The notes: generated from the sequence alone by a model not told the origin. A DNA stretch of 51,027 bases from Candidatus Altiarchaeota archaeon (GCA_043813075.1 JBDRLL010000032.1:1-51027), one strand, 5' to 3'; positions 28,214 through 39,070 are shown, counted from the stretch's first letter. Numbers and translations: made by a program.

Positions 28214-28283
28214 TTAACCACCTTTTTATTGAATCTGGGCGTTCAGTTAAATAACAATGCCCCTAGAGCACGGGAAAAGTTAA

Positions 28284-28628
28284 CTAGGAATGTTTTTCTC
28301 CGGTGGACCCTATTATGATGCCCGCCAGGATATAATAGGCGGCCATGCCATAGCGTATGCTAGACGGCACGAGCTGGCTGCCCACGTCAACAACATAGCC
28401 AGTGCCTATCACCACGCCGAAGCTCGCTACCACACTGAATGCCACCAAGTCTACGAAATCCCTGTGCCTGTACCCTATCGCCCTCAGGAAAATGAACCCA
28501 GGCACAAAACTGTTCAACGCAAGGCCCACAACCGCCCTCACCACTAACGGGGTTTGCGGCAGCAACAGCGTCAAAACGGCCATCAAGACGCATGCCATGA
28601 TATAATGCAACTTCCTCATGTCATCCAC
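28284..28628 (-). CDS. Four-TM membrane protein resembling the DUF1616 N-terminal region
   Basis: VRAVVGLALNSFVPGF...AFSVVASF hydrophobic pattern. Confidence 0.65.
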   Translation of the reverse strand: MDDMRKLHYIMACVLMAVLTLLLPQTPLVVRAVVGLALNSFVPGFIFLRAIGYRHRDFVDLVAFSVVASFGVVIGTGYVVDVGSQLVPSSIRYGMAAYYILAGIIIGSTGEKHS

Positions 28629-28678
28629 CCTACTCTGATACCATATTGCCCCAGACAGTATTTATAACGGTTTTCAAC

Positions 28679-30727
28679 TCAGTACCTCTCCCATAATGTG
28701 ATGAATAACAGCAGACTTAATACTATGAGTGTGACAAGTTCAACAAGCGGGTTACGGTTGAAAAAACCATCCACCATGTTCTTGTAATCCTCCAACGTAC
28801 TCGTTAACTTGAATACACGGTGGCCTCCATCATAGACTATCAGGTACTTACCCCTCTTAAGGTACTCGCTGCCCCCTGAACCTGTCTTCACCTCGCAACT
28901 ATCCTCGCACATCGCCTCAACAACGATGGTGTTGTTCGAATACTTGACCCCGAGGAACTTCACGTCAAACTTTATCCTATCCTGGTTGTTTATTGAATTG
29001 AAGATCTGCGCAGGACTATCGCCCTTATCCTGTCTGATGGGCGGGAAAGCCCGCTCAAATGATTTGATGCCCTCATAGTCTAGCGGTATGGGATAAGTCT
29101 CCCCCCCGATTTCCGGCGGGTTTCTCATGAAATACAACCCGTCTGAGATGAGCATTACGTTACTGCCCCTCAACTCCAGCACCTCAACACTATCCCCTTT
29201 TATCCACCTCTCCCAAGTGTCTATGAACCCGTCATTGTCCCTGTCACTGTAGCTAACGTAATCCATACCACTCCTATCACCGTACATGAAGTAGGAACCC
29301 TTGATTTTCCCTGAAGCATCGGTCACACTACCATCAACGCCAAGCAGCCAAGAGCCGCTAAAGACATTCCTCAAGTGAACCCTCCCATCTATCTCAGAGA
29401 CGTAAAACTCAGGCGCACTGCGTGTCGCCTCAATCCTACCGCCGACAGTCAAAGGCAGCATACGGTTGACGCCCGTCCCAATCTCTTTAAACAAGTACTG
29501 CCCATTCAAATAGAAGAAATCATTAGCACCCTCACCATCATAGACCGATAAAACGGTCGTGCCCCCCTCCTTAGTGTACTCCTTCCCATGTAGATAGTCC
29601 CAAGGCCTCACAGGAACACTAATGTTATCCCGCATAGGTATCGGTTTTTCCACAGGTATCCTCTCCTTGAACCTGGATAAGTAGAGTATGTCATAATCAG
29701 ACGATCCGTCACCATCCTGGTCCCACGCGTACTCTATCCTATTCGAGAAACTGTAGTTCCCTATGTCAGGGGATTCAAGTGAGAAAAACCGGATGCCCAC
29801 GCCAGCGTTGCCTCCCTGCCCGCCAGCCGAGTCATCACCTGCCACAAAACCCCTCCAAGAGTATAGGTTCCTAAAAGGGTATGCCCTGTCTCCAGGCTTC
29901 ACGTCAATGATCATGTGCCTGTCAACCACCTTCTCCAGGAAAGAGTCGATGCCCATCACCCTTGATTTATCCACGTTATACTCCAGGGGAAAACCGTAGA
30001 CCGGCCATAAACGACCAGCCTTTTCCTTAATGCACCCGTACATGAATATGTTGCTGAACCTGGTGGGCTTCGTGTAGTCTGAATACTGGGCGTACGTGCA
30101 TGCAGGGTCTTCTAACGGGCTCTTCACGTCCCTAGCCAGGTATATGAGTCCATCAAGGTTGTCGTGCACTACCCTCGACTTCACTGAAAAGTCTATGTAC
30201 TCCCTCCCCCCGTCTGATTGAAGCCCATAGTCCCCGAACAACTCCATCTCAATGTCCCCATATAAGCCTTCCTCGCTCCATCTGCCGTTAACGGTCTTAA
30301 TCCTAATCCTTGGCATACCCTCTTCAACAACAACACCGTCCGTTTCCACAGTGAACATGAGCTTACCGTCCCCGTCAATGTCGTCGTAGATGCTTGCCAT
30401 AGTAGCATTAACGTAACTACCGTTTTCTCTCTTAACATCAGTCTGGAAATCCACTATTATGCTCCCCTCATCCTTGCTGATGATCCACGTGTCGGAGTCC
30501 ATGTCGCAACACGACTCGATGGATCCCTCCACCCCCATGTCCCCATCGTTGTCGTATACTGTGAACTCATGCCCTTCGTGGCTGAATGTTAAGATGTCCA
30601 TAACCCCGTCTCCATCACGGTCGTCATACCTGAAGTCAGAAATGGCTGAGGCAGCTGTTGAGACAAGGTTAAGCGTAATAAAAAGGCATGAGAGCGCACT
30701 CAACAATCCCCTCGCAGTTGACCGCAT
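28679..30727 (-). CDS. Secreted, C-terminally anchored acidic protein with DxDxDG Ca-binding-like loops
   Basis: Signal peptide; DRDGDG, DNDGD, DIDGDG, DQDGDG, DRDNDG; C-terminal TM. Confidence 0.7.
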   Translation of the reverse strand: MRSTARGLLSALSCLFITLNLVSTAASAISDFRYDDRDGDGVMDILTFSHEGHEFTVYDNDGDMGVEGSIESCCDMDSDTWIISKDEGSIIVDFQTDVKRENGSYVNATMASIYDDIDGDGKLMFTVETDGVVVEEGMPRIRIKTVNGRWSEEGLYGDIEMELFGDYGLQSDGGREYIDFSVKSRVVHDNLDGLIYLARDVKSPLEDPACTYAQYSDYTKPTRFSNIFMYGCIKEKAGRLWPVYGFPLEYNVDKSRVMGIDSFLEKVVDRHMIIDVKPGDRAYPFRNLYSWRGFVAGDDSAGGQGGNAGVGIRFFSLESPDIGNYSFSNRIEYAWDQDGDGSSDYDILYLSRFKERIPVEKPIPMRDNISVPVRPWDYLHGKEYTKEGGTTVLSVYDGEGANDFFYLNGQYLFKEIGTGVNRMLPLTVGGRIEATRSAPEFYVSEIDGRVHLRNVFSGSWLLGVDGSVTDASGKIKGSYFMYGDRSGMDYVSYSDRDNDGFIDTWERWIKGDSVEVLELRGSNVMLISDGLYFMRNPPEIGGETYPIPLDYEGIKSFERAFPPIRQDKGDSPAQIFNSINNQDRIKFDVKFLGVKYSNNTIVVEAMCEDSCEVKTGSGGSEYLKRGKYLIVYDGGHRVFKLTSTLEDYKNMVDGFFNRNPLVELVTLIVLSLLLFITLWERY

Positions 30728-30756
30728 AAGAGACTATATTATTACATAAAGTTAAA

Positions 30757-32325
30757 TTACCCTAGCCAGTAGGTACTTGACTCTCCGTTATCGTAAACCC
30801 TGTCAGACTTCGATAGCCTGTATATGTCCTCATCCTTCCGTATCCTATCAACTCCCCCGAAAAAGCCACCAAGCTTGTCCCTGTCCGAGTCAACGTAAAC
30901 CCCGGGATTCGAGCCTTTATGTGTCGTATCCCCGAATTTGGCTTCTTCCTCGCATTCGAAGCCTATTCTGCCGAAAATGATGGACGTAATTACCCCACCG
31001 TGAAACACTGGTCTACTATGGGGTGTCTCGCATAACCATCGTGCGTTAATGAAATCCGCCTCATTGGCGTGCACCCAGTGCATGTTCACCGAAGGCTCGT
31101 GGCTCGACTTTAACAGGTTTAAGAAGACAGAAATTACAATGAAGCTTGTCAGCAATGCGACAGCGGTCACCCTCCTGCTTACCCTAAAGTCCCTTATCCT
31201 CTCTACGATTAGCTTAGCTGCAAGGGGTGCCGTGAATATGTGCACGTAAGGGAAAATCCTCAACTCAACGTTTGACGAGTACATCCCAACTCTGTCAAAG
31301 AATATGGTGAACAGGAACTGCAGGAAAAAACCAAGGTATATGAAGACAAGGAGTGCTATGTCCTCTTTTCCTGGCACATGCCTCCGTTTAAGCATGCCCT
31401 TGATTATGCCGACTACAGACATGAAGCCGATGGGCAGTATGATAAAGTCGTAACTCCTGAGCATCAAAAACAAGTTCGGGTTTATGTAGGCTTTTTCAAC
31501 GTACCTGTACTGGGGGAATTTCTTAGTGAAACTATCCTCCTGCTCTAGCCCGCCGAAAATCAGCTCCACCTGGTTAAAGGTGCTCTTTACGCCCATAAGA
31601 TATGTTTTCGCAGGAGTGTATACGAAGAACATCATGTAGAATGCGATGACAAGGCATATGCCCATCACGAACACCAGCCTGACATACGATGTGTTAACAA
31701 TCCGGTACCTGCTGAAGATGATTCCAATAACCATTGAAATCCCGATGGCGATTATGGTTGAGATCGAGAAGAAAACGTTCATGCACATCATGTTAATCGC
31801 AAACCAGTAGGTCAATGCAATATGTCTTCTCACTTCCTTGACGTCCACCATCGAAAAGCTCCGTTTCATGCACGTAACCATCATGAATATGAGCATCATC
31901 GTAACCCTCTCGTGCGTGCCCCATGACGTCATGAAGATTATCTCAGACTGTATCGAGAGAAACATTGTTGATAAGAGCGCTGTGCCTTCATCCTTCAGGA
32001 ACTCTCTGGACATGATGAAGTAGACTATGGCTATGAGCGTGCCTTGATACGGTATGAAATAGTCGAACAAGAATGTAACATTCAGGTCAAGCAGGCATGA
32101 TAGCATTGTGTTATACAGCTGGAAACCAAAGCCGTTTTGGTATAAGTCTCCTTTCCCTATTATCCGCTGGGTGATTATCATGTTCTGCGAAGTCTCGAGG
32201 AACGCCGCCTGATCGCCGAACATTGCCCTACCGCCGTAGCGGGCTGGGATGTAGTGGTGAGTTAAGAAATTAAGCATGATGACCAACAGAAATGCGGTCT
32301 TCCACGTAAAAACAGGGCGCCTCAT
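30757..32325 (-). CDS. Polytopic membrane protein (GT-C / DUF2206-like)
   Basis: Many TM segments; early loop FGDQ; C-terminal DRVYDNG. Confidence 0.6.
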   Translation of the reverse strand: MRRPVFTWKTAFLLVIMLNFLTHHYIPARYGGRAMFGDQAAFLETSQNMIITQRIIGKGDLYQNGFGFQLYNTMLSCLLDLNVTFLFDYFIPYQGTLIAIVYFIMSREFLKDEGTALLSTMFLSIQSEIIFMTSWGTHERVTMMLIFMMVTCMKRSFSMVDVKEVRRHIALTYWFAINMMCMNVFFSISTIIAIGISMVIGIIFSRYRIVNTSYVRLVFVMGICLVIAFYMMFFVYTPAKTYLMGVKSTFNQVELIFGGLEQEDSFTKKFPQYRYVEKAYINPNLFLMLRSYDFIILPIGFMSVVGIIKGMLKRRHVPGKEDIALLVFIYLGFFLQFLFTIFFDRVGMYSSNVELRIFPYVHIFTAPLAAKLIVERIRDFRVSRRVTAVALLTSFIVISVFLNLLKSSHEPSVNMHWVHANEADFINARWLCETPHSRPVFHGGVITSIIFGRIGFECEEEAKFGDTTHKGSNPGVYVDSDRDKLGGFFGGVDRIRKDEDIYRLSKSDRVYDNGESSTYWLG

Positions 32326-32435
32326 CCTACTTCCTCACTGATAATACTCATCTAATCCATAAGTATATTAATGTCAACGCCAAGAGGCGGGCTCTCCCCC
32401 AATATGCCGCTGTTATACGGGTTATTAAATCGCTA

Positions 32436-32891
32436 TTGACAAATAAATCAATTGTGGAAGTGGTGGAATACGTCGGATTCATGGCGTTGCTTTCAATATT
32501 ATGCATCGTCATAATGATATACGTGCTAGGGGAAGTGGGTAGCCTGCCATCATACACTGAAGTGTACTTCCAGGACGCGTTCGAAAAGATGTCTAAAAAG
32601 AGGATTGGCGACGAAATAGTGTTCACCATACGGAACATGGAGGGGGCCCCAGTCAACTACTCCTACAATGTAACAGCATACAACCTGAGCCAGGGGGAGG
32701 ATTCTGCCATAGAAGTGGCGTCAGGCATGGTAAATGTTGGGGATACGCAATCATCGAACATAACCTTTAATATACCTAAAAAACACTTTCTGTACATATT
32801 AAACAGTGAGAAGCCAGTGCTCCACATCATAATATCAAAGGAGGGTCACGTCGGAACCTACCGGGAGTTGAGGCGAATGATAATCGATTAG
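32436..32891 (+). CDS. DUF1616-like membrane-anchored protein
   Basis: TM followed by YTEVYF...IRNMEG..VNY...YRELR; start uncertain. Confidence 0.6.
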   Translation: MTNKSIVEVVEYVGFMALLSILCIVIMIYVLGEVGSLPSYTEVYFQDAFEKMSKKRIGDEIVFTIRNMEGAPVNYSYNVTAYNLSQGEDSAIEVASGMVNVGDTQSSNITFNIPKKHFLYILNSEKPVLHIIISKEGHVGTYRELRRMIID

Positions 32892-32902
32892 GTGCTCAGA
32901 CA

Positions 32903-33649
32903 ATGAAACAATACACGAAACACCTCATGCTATCCTATCTAATGGCCATAACCACTGCAGAATGGCTTTTAACCTACGTTGACGTGGTCTACGGCCTGCT
33001 GTTGCATTCAGCCGTTTTCATAACCACTGTCCTCATATACTGGCGCAACTGGTCTAAATTCACCCTGAACGGGAGCATGGTCCTACTATCCTTCTCATAC
33101 GTATCCCTCAGCCGCCTGGTCAGCGTCTCCATACTGGGCGAAATCCAGGATGTAATCCCGGTAATCGTTTTCACCAACGCCCCACTATTGATCTGCCTCT
33201 TCGGGTGCATACGTAGCGTCGGAATATCACTAATGGACTTCTTCCCCTCCTGGCGTTACCTGCCCCGCGAGCTCATAATCGCCCTGACCGGCATCATATT
33301 CGGCCTGACTGAAAGGCATATAATAGACGTGACAGTAATCCCCTGGACCGGCCTCCCCTCCTTCATCTTCTCGGCCATCACGATAACGCTTCTCACAGGC
33401 CTATATGAGGAGCTATTGTTCCGCGGCATAGTATTCAAGTATCTTGCCGATGTTGGCAGCAAATGGTTTGCAGTATTCTACTCCAGCCTGCTGTTCGCGG
33501 TAATGCACATAGCGTGGGAGTCATTCATCGACATAGTCTTTGTATTCACGGTCGGGGCCATATACGCCCTCATCTACTATAGGACTAAGAGCCTGGCAGG
33601 CATAATATTGTCGCACGGCATAACCAACATAATCCTCTTCATGCCCTAA
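32903..33649 (+). CDS. CPBP (Abi/CAAX) intramembrane glutamic protease
   Basis: EELLFRG, FAVMH, SHGITN. Confidence 0.92.
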   Translation: MKQYTKHLMLSYLMAITTAEWLLTYVDVVYGLLLHSAVFITTVLIYWRNWSKFTLNGSMVLLSFSYVSLSRLVSVSILGEIQDVIPVIVFTNAPLLICLFGCIRSVGISLMDFFPSWRYLPRELIIALTGIIFGLTERHIIDVTVIPWTGLPSFIFSAITITLLTGLYEELLFRGIVFKYLADVGSKWFAVFYSSLLFAVMHIAWESFIDIVFVFTVGAIYALIYYRTKSLAGIILSHGITNIILFMP

Positions 33650-33719
33650 AACCCGTGGGAAAGGCTTCTAAACCCGCGGATACTATATAAATAGCATACT
33701 TGAGTATAGTATTACTGTT

Positions 33720-33956
33720 ATGGTAACCACCACGCTAACACTTACTTTGATGCTGGCCACCACCATCCTAACGCCCACAGCCGTACTCTCAGGAGTCTTG
33801 ACGTTCGGAGTCCTGATATTCCAGATGGTTTTGCTGGAGATGGCGACCAAGGAGTCGGTTGACGCAAACCAGAAGAAGAAGCTCCTCCTGTTCATACTCA
33901 CCCCACTACTGTTCTCATTCATACTAGTGGTCACATACGGTATAACAAGGATTTAG
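33720..33956 (+). CDS. Small two-TM membrane protein
   Basis: Hydrophobic ORF, LTPLLFSFILVV; leads the downstream operon. Confidence 0.6.
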   Translation: MVTTTLTLTLMLATTILTPTAVLSGVLTFGVLIFQMVLLEMATKESVDANQKKKLLLFILTPLLFSFILVVTYGITRI

Positions 33957-33969
33957 GGCTGACGACAAC

Positions 33970-36570
33970 ATGAGGTGTACGGTAACCGCCATCCTTATTG
34001 CGGTGGCTTTCACGGGACTGGCTTTCCCAGCGTGCGCCACCGACATCGACCTTGAGTCCGATCAATCCTACTACTACCCCGGGGACTGCATGATACTAAC
34101 CGGCGAAATAGACGTCACCGGAGACTGCACTCTCGGAAACAACCCTTCCTTAAGCATAACCGGCCCGGGAATCCTCGAGGAGCCCGGCTGGGTGTGGGAG
34201 CTGGACGAGGATACCCAGGAGTGCATTGAAGTCGAAGGCTGCAGCGAATGCAAGGTCTGCAGCGGCGGAAGGGAATGCTCTGAAGAATGCGGTGAATGCC
34301 TCTCTGGAATATGCTCTGAAGAATGCATGTCCTGCATGGACGAGTGCCCCGCAGATTGCGGATACTGCCTTACCGACACGTGCGGGGAGCCATGCCAGGA
34401 CTGCGACACCTCCGACTGTAATGATGAATGCGAGCTAGTGCCGCAGGTAGGGCCGATAAGCAGCGACTGCCTGGACTGCATTGACGACGCCTGCGACATC
34501 GACTGCGCCCCCTGCCTGGCAGCATGCTATGAGGAAGACTTTGACGCCTGCCTGTGGGACGTGTGTTCAGGAGAATGCGGGGAATGCTATCCCACATCAG
34601 GATGCCAGGAGGACTGCGAGCCTGAGGGCCAGTGCGACTGCCCGGAGCCGGATGCTGGGGAGATAGCGGTCAACTCCGCGTGCGAGGGCGCAGGCAAGAC
34701 CGAATGCTGCTACGGGAAATGCTACGACATAGACCAAAAGCACTGTTGTGGCTTGGACGACGACTGCGAAGTACTGTTCTGCGACAAGGACTCGACAGAC
34801 GACGAGATATTCTGCTGCAACAACAACAAGGAGATCGGCAGGCCCGACACCTGCTCAGACACCGCCTGTTGCGAGGCGACCACCGAGATGGGCATACTCA
34901 CCTCATACGACATGTGGCTCTACGGCAACGGCCACGAACCCTCCGGGGAAGTCACCTTATGCGATGAACTCGGATGTCAGGTCATCATAACCTCCTCAGA
35001 CCCCGCCGACCTCGTGGCGGTTGAAGGCGACTTCACCATCACGATAGACGGCGTCGACTACAGCCTCGGCGCCACATGCAATAGCATTGGAGCCGACGCC
35101 GTAATGTGCATTTCCGATGAAGTCAAGAAGCTGTGGGACGGGGACACCGCCTTCCCGGACGACAAGAGCTTTACATGCAGGTTTGAGGGCAGGTCCAATG
35201 AATGCAAGTTCAACGACTCCATAGACGGGGAGATACAGGACTGCTCAGACCCCTGTGAAGACGCGTGCACCAGCGAGTCAGGGGATGAGGAGGCCTCCAC
35301 TAGAGGAGTGTTGAATCTGGAAGGAGCTAGCGTAAGCGGTGAAACCGGATTCGTGAGCGACTGCGCTTCAAACGACGACCCAGAGGACCAGTGGAAGTAC
35401 GAGGACGGTGAATGCAAGATCGGTCATTCAGCATGCATATATCAGGACGATAACGGCGACTGCAAGAAGTGCATGAGGTTTGAGAACTGCATCCAGGCGT
35501 GCAAGCCCTACGACCCCATAATGAAGCTAGCCTGCGAGAACGTGCTATCCCACCCTAACGTCCGATACGGTCTAAGCCAGGAACCCCAGCAGAGCGACAT
35601 GGCAGCAGGCCTGATAATGAATGCAATACAGGGCGCGATGTCGCCCAACCCAGCAGACCCATCGCAAAGCCAGGAATTAAACAGTTTCTGCGCCTCCGAC
35701 GTGCTCAACGGCGCTGAAAACGCCGTCTGCAGGCACCTTGTGTGCGCTTTCCTCAGCCTGGCGAGGACGGTCGGCCTTGAGGGAGTCCAAGAGTTCGCTT
35801 ACGTGAACATGGAGACGCACGGATCCCACGACGTCATAGTCTATGAGATGGATGACGGCACACTATACGTATTCGACCCCCTCAACGGCATTGAAGGCCC
35901 TGTGAGCGACTTCCCGTGGGGGATGGGTTTAGGAGGTCCCGGGCCCTCAGACAAGCAGTGTTGCGCAGGCAACAGGTGCACGCCATCAGGAATCCTGAAC
36001 GACTGCTGCGATGAAAGCAAGTACTGCCACATACCTGATGAAAACCCAGACTTCATGATGGGTGGGACATACTGTCTCGGATTCATGGAAAAATGCATGC
36101 AATACGGGGGCCTCGCATACGCGTGCAAGCCTGAAGAGACGCCGCCCGCAGTCTATGACTGCTTCGGGCAGGACGGTGAGGAAGGCACTCAAGACGACTG
36201 CCCGTGCCCAACGTCAATACCCCATCCCGCGGGGCCACCCCATCCGCCATTAACCATACCCGGCGGAGGCACCTGCGTGGACACTGGCACGGAAGACGAC
36301 CCCGGCCCAGGCAAATGCGGGTGCACTGGCCCAGTCTGCATATTGGACGGTGCATTCAGCGTCCCACCATTCCAATGCACTTCAGACGGCGTAGTTGAAA
36401 TAGGGTGTGCCGGCCCGGACGGCAACATAGGGACAGACGATGACTGCTGTCTTGAAGGCACCGCATGCGCGAGTGAAGACGACCAGCAAACAGGCTCCAT
36501 AGCAGGCAAAACCTGCGAGTACGCTGGTGACCTTGAGGAACCACCGGAAGATGAGGGGGGTGATGAATGA
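33970..36570 (+). CDS. Secreted Cys/Asp/Glu-rich protein with a transglutaminase-like core
   Basis: Signal peptide; CxxxCxxC repeats; Cys-His-Asp triad pattern AVCRHL...HDVIVY...YVFDP. Confidence 0.7.
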   Translation: MRCTVTAILIAVAFTGLAFPACATDIDLESDQSYYYPGDCMILTGEIDVTGDCTLGNNPSLSITGPGILEEPGWVWELDEDTQECIEVEGCSECKVCSGGRECSEECGECLSGICSEECMSCMDECPADCGYCLTDTCGEPCQDCDTSDCNDECELVPQVGPISSDCLDCIDDACDIDCAPCLAACYEEDFDACLWDVCSGECGECYPTSGCQEDCEPEGQCDCPEPDAGEIAVNSACEGAGKTECCYGKCYDIDQKHCCGLDDDCEVLFCDKDSTDDEIFCCNNNKEIGRPDTCSDTACCEATTEMGILTSYDMWLYGNGHEPSGEVTLCDELGCQVIITSSDPADLVAVEGDFTITIDGVDYSLGATCNSIGADAVMCISDEVKKLWDGDTAFPDDKSFTCRFEGRSNECKFNDSIDGEIQDCSDPCEDACTSESGDEEASTRGVLNLEGASVSGETGFVSDCASNDDPEDQWKYEDGECKIGHSACIYQDDNGDCKKCMRFENCIQACKPYDPIMKLACENVLSHPNVRYGLSQEPQQSDMAAGLIMNAIQGAMSPNPADPSQSQELNSFCASDVLNGAENAVCRHLVCAFLSLARTVGLEGVQEFAYVNMETHGSHDVIVYEMDDGTLYVFDPLNGIEGPVSDFPWGMGLGGPGPSDKQCCAGNRCTPSGILNDCCDESKYCHIPDENPDFMMGGTYCLGFMEKCMQYGGLAYACKPEETPPAVYDCFGQDGEEGTQDDCPCPTSIPHPAGPPHPPLTIPGGGTCVDTGTEDDPGPGKCGCTGPVCILDGAFSVPPFQCTSDGVVEIGCAGPDGNIGTDDDCCLEGTACASEDDQQTGSIAGKTCEYAGDLEEPPEDEGGDE

Positions 36571-37424
36571 TGAGAAATAAGATAATGTCTGTCATGGTCC
36601 TGGTGATGTTCGCCGGGTTGGCTGGCGCTAGCATAACCTTAGAGAAGACTGCTTCAACCAAGGAGGTTTCAGAGGGGGATGTCGTGCAGATAATGATCCG
36701 GGTGGTGAACGGGGAGGACACGGCCCTGAAAAGCAGCGTCATCGACCCGGTGCCCTACTTTTCAACAGTCTCTGGCGCTACGATGATGGGCGGGTGGACT
36801 CCGGGAGTATCCATACCTGTCAGCATCCAGCCGCATTCAGAGGAGACTGTCAGATACACGCTCACGATACTAAGCTTCCCAGAGTCATGGAACAACAAGC
36901 AGCGGTCCATCGGGAAGGCTGTCATACGTGACAGCAAAAACAAGCTGATCGCAGAGTCAGGGAGTGTTTCCCTGACATACGTGTCTGAAAAGAACATAAT
37001 ATGCAACTACAACATGGAGTGCGAGCCAGGCCTCGGAGAGAACCACGGTAACTGCCAGCAGGACTGTTTTTCCGGCATGGATGACGGGTACTGCGACCAG
37101 AAGAAGGACTACATCTGCGACCCTGACTGCGGCAGGAGCCAGGACCCTGACTGCGGCGGCACAGGCAAGATACAGCCAGTCTTCAACGCGTCAAACCCCT
37201 TCCGTGGAATAACCACGACAACCCAGAAGAAGACCACAACCACATTGAAGCCGCAGGTCGTCACCATAAAGCCTGAAAAAAAGTCGTATGACGAGGATGA
37301 GCCGCTCGACATCACCAACCCACGCTCAGTGCTAAACGCGATAATGCGCAACATAATACTCGTGGTGGTCTCAGCATTCCTCATTGTGGCATTCCTATAC
37401 GTAACACTCAGACTATCAAAATGA
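36567..37424 (+). CDS. Surface protein: DUF11-like Ig domain, Cys-rich module, Thr linker, C-terminal TM
   Basis: ITLEKTAS..EVSEGDVV; CEPGLGENHGNCQQDC, DGYCD..KDYICDPDC...DPDC. Confidence 0.75.
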   Translation: MMRNKIMSVMVLVMFAGLAGASITLEKTASTKEVSEGDVVQIMIRVVNGEDTALKSSVIDPVPYFSTVSGATMMGGWTPGVSIPVSIQPHSEETVRYTLTILSFPESWNNKQRSIGKAVIRDSKNKLIAESGSVSLTYVSEKNIICNYNMECEPGLGENHGNCQQDCFSGMDDGYCDQKKDYICDPDCGRSQDPDCGGTGKIQPVFNASNPFRGITTTTQKKTTTTLKPQVVTIKPEKKSYDEDEPLDITNPRSVLNAIMRNIILVVVSAFLIVAFLYVTLRLSK

Positions 37425-39070
37425 ACGCGAGTCAAGGCACTACTCATAGGGTTGGGGCAGGAAAACTCCACGCATCCACAGTAATAATAATACTACTCTG
37501 CCTATCGATGCATGCGGCTTCCGCCATCGAAGGCGACGGATGCTCCTACTCCCTCGATTGCAGCCTGCCAAAGGAAAAAGGAGGATACAACAACATTGAC
37601 TGCGGAGGCCAGACCATAGACGTCAGTGTTACGGAATCTAATGAAGCATGCGAGTCAATATACCCCGCGAAAAAGAACAAATTCACATACACCATCAAAT
37701 ACTGCATACCGCCCTGCGCGACACCCGGCGAATACGTGGCAGAATTCTCCTACAACCCTAGGGCGACACTCAAGTTCGAGGTGCTGCCGCTTGACCCGAC
37801 GACTGAACTGACCCTACCCCCCACAACAATCCGGAGTAAAATACAAATACCCCCCTTCATGCTCCCCACAGAAACCTGCGATAAGGTGTGCGTGAACAAA
37901 GGTTTCGAGTCAGGCCTATGCGACAGCAACCCGCTCAAATGCTCCCAGAGGAAGCAGACGTACGAGCCAGACGCCCTATGCCCGAAGACTCAGGACAAAA
38001 ACTACTGCTGCTGCAAGGTCAAGCAGACCAGCTGCAACGAATACTGCGTCCAGGCCGGACACTTGAACGGAGTCTGCGGAGAGAGCAAGGGATTCTGCAG
38101 TGAAAACGACCTCATATACCTGGGCGACAAGTGCGGTGAAACCCCGGAGAAGCCATCCTGCTGCTGCACTCCCCGGCAGGAGACAACCCAGACCACGCTA
38201 CAGGCGAAGCTATCCACCCTGCCTGTGAAAATAGAGTCTACCACGACAATCAAAACCTTAACCACGACAACCCGGACGACAGTCAAGAAGCCGGACACCA
38301 CAGTCAAGAAGACCCCTGAAAAGAAACAGCTGACGATAAACGCCCCCAGCTACGCGGTCAAAGGCTCTGACGTGGAGGTTAAGGTGGCCTACGATGGCAG
38401 CCCCATAAAAGCTAAAGTCACGATGACCCGGCCGGACGGGACCAAGGAAGCGATGGACACCGACCAGTCCGGAGTAGCAGTATTCGCTGTCATGACGACA
38501 GGTAGGGTGCATTTCACGGCCGAGAAAAACGACTACATACCAGATTCCACTGCCATTAACGTGGTGGACTTGTCTGAGATACTATTCCACCCCTACTCTC
38601 TTTTGGGGCTGCTGTTATCATCGGTAGCGAGCGTGATTGCCGTATGGCTCTACTACCGGCGCACCAAGATAGTGGTAAGCCAGAAGGTGCTGGCGACAAG
38701 CGACGTCGACCAACTGGTCGACATTAACCAGAGGCTAGTGTACGACCTACTGGAAGGCAACAAGCTTACGATATGCGTCACAAGGAATGCCTATGACCGG
38801 ATGGGCCTCAAGTACATGGACTCGGAGATACAGGCGTACCTTAAGCGTGTGAAGCCATTAACCTTAAAATACAAGGACAATGAGCGGGTGGAGTCATTGG
38901 TGGAACAGTATGAGCTAGACAAGGAGAATGCCGAGGCGATAGTGTTGGCTGAGAAGATCAGGGCTAAGGAGCTGGTGGTGCTTGAGAAGGATGTTGAGCG
39001 GGTGACCGAGATAATAAGCCCGAAGATACTGGTTCGGACGCCTGAGGGGGATCAGAGCGCCACCCTATAA
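37421..39070 (+). CDS. Single-pass protein: Cys-repeat/Thr-rich ectodomain and a PIN-like cytoplasmic tail
   Basis: Two C-x3-C...G.C...C...CCC repeats, TM, then LDKENAEAIVLAEKIRAKELVV. Confidence 0.7.
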   Translation: MNASQGTTHRVGAGKLHASTVIIILLCLSMHAASAIEGDGCSYSLDCSLPKEKGGYNNIDCGGQTIDVSVTESNEACESIYPAKKNKFTYTIKYCIPPCATPGEYVAEFSYNPRATLKFEVLPLDPTTELTLPPTTIRSKIQIPPFMLPTETCDKVCVNKGFESGLCDSNPLKCSQRKQTYEPDALCPKTQDKNYCCCKVKQTSCNEYCVQAGHLNGVCGESKGFCSENDLIYLGDKCGETPEKPSCCCTPRQETTQTTLQAKLSTLPVKIESTTTIKTLTTTTRTTVKKPDTTVKKTPEKKQLTINAPSYAVKGSDVEVKVAYDGSPIKAKVTMTRPDGTKEAMDTDQSGVAVFAVMTTGRVHFTAEKNDYIPDSTAINVVDLSEILFHPYSLLGLLLSSVASVIAVWLYYRRTKIVVSQKVLATSDVDQLVDINQRLVYDLLEGNKLTICVTRNAYDRMGLKYMDSEIQAYLKRVKPLTLKYKDNERVESLVEQYELDKENAEAIVLAEKIRAKELVVLEKDVERVTEIISPKILVRTPEGDQSATL

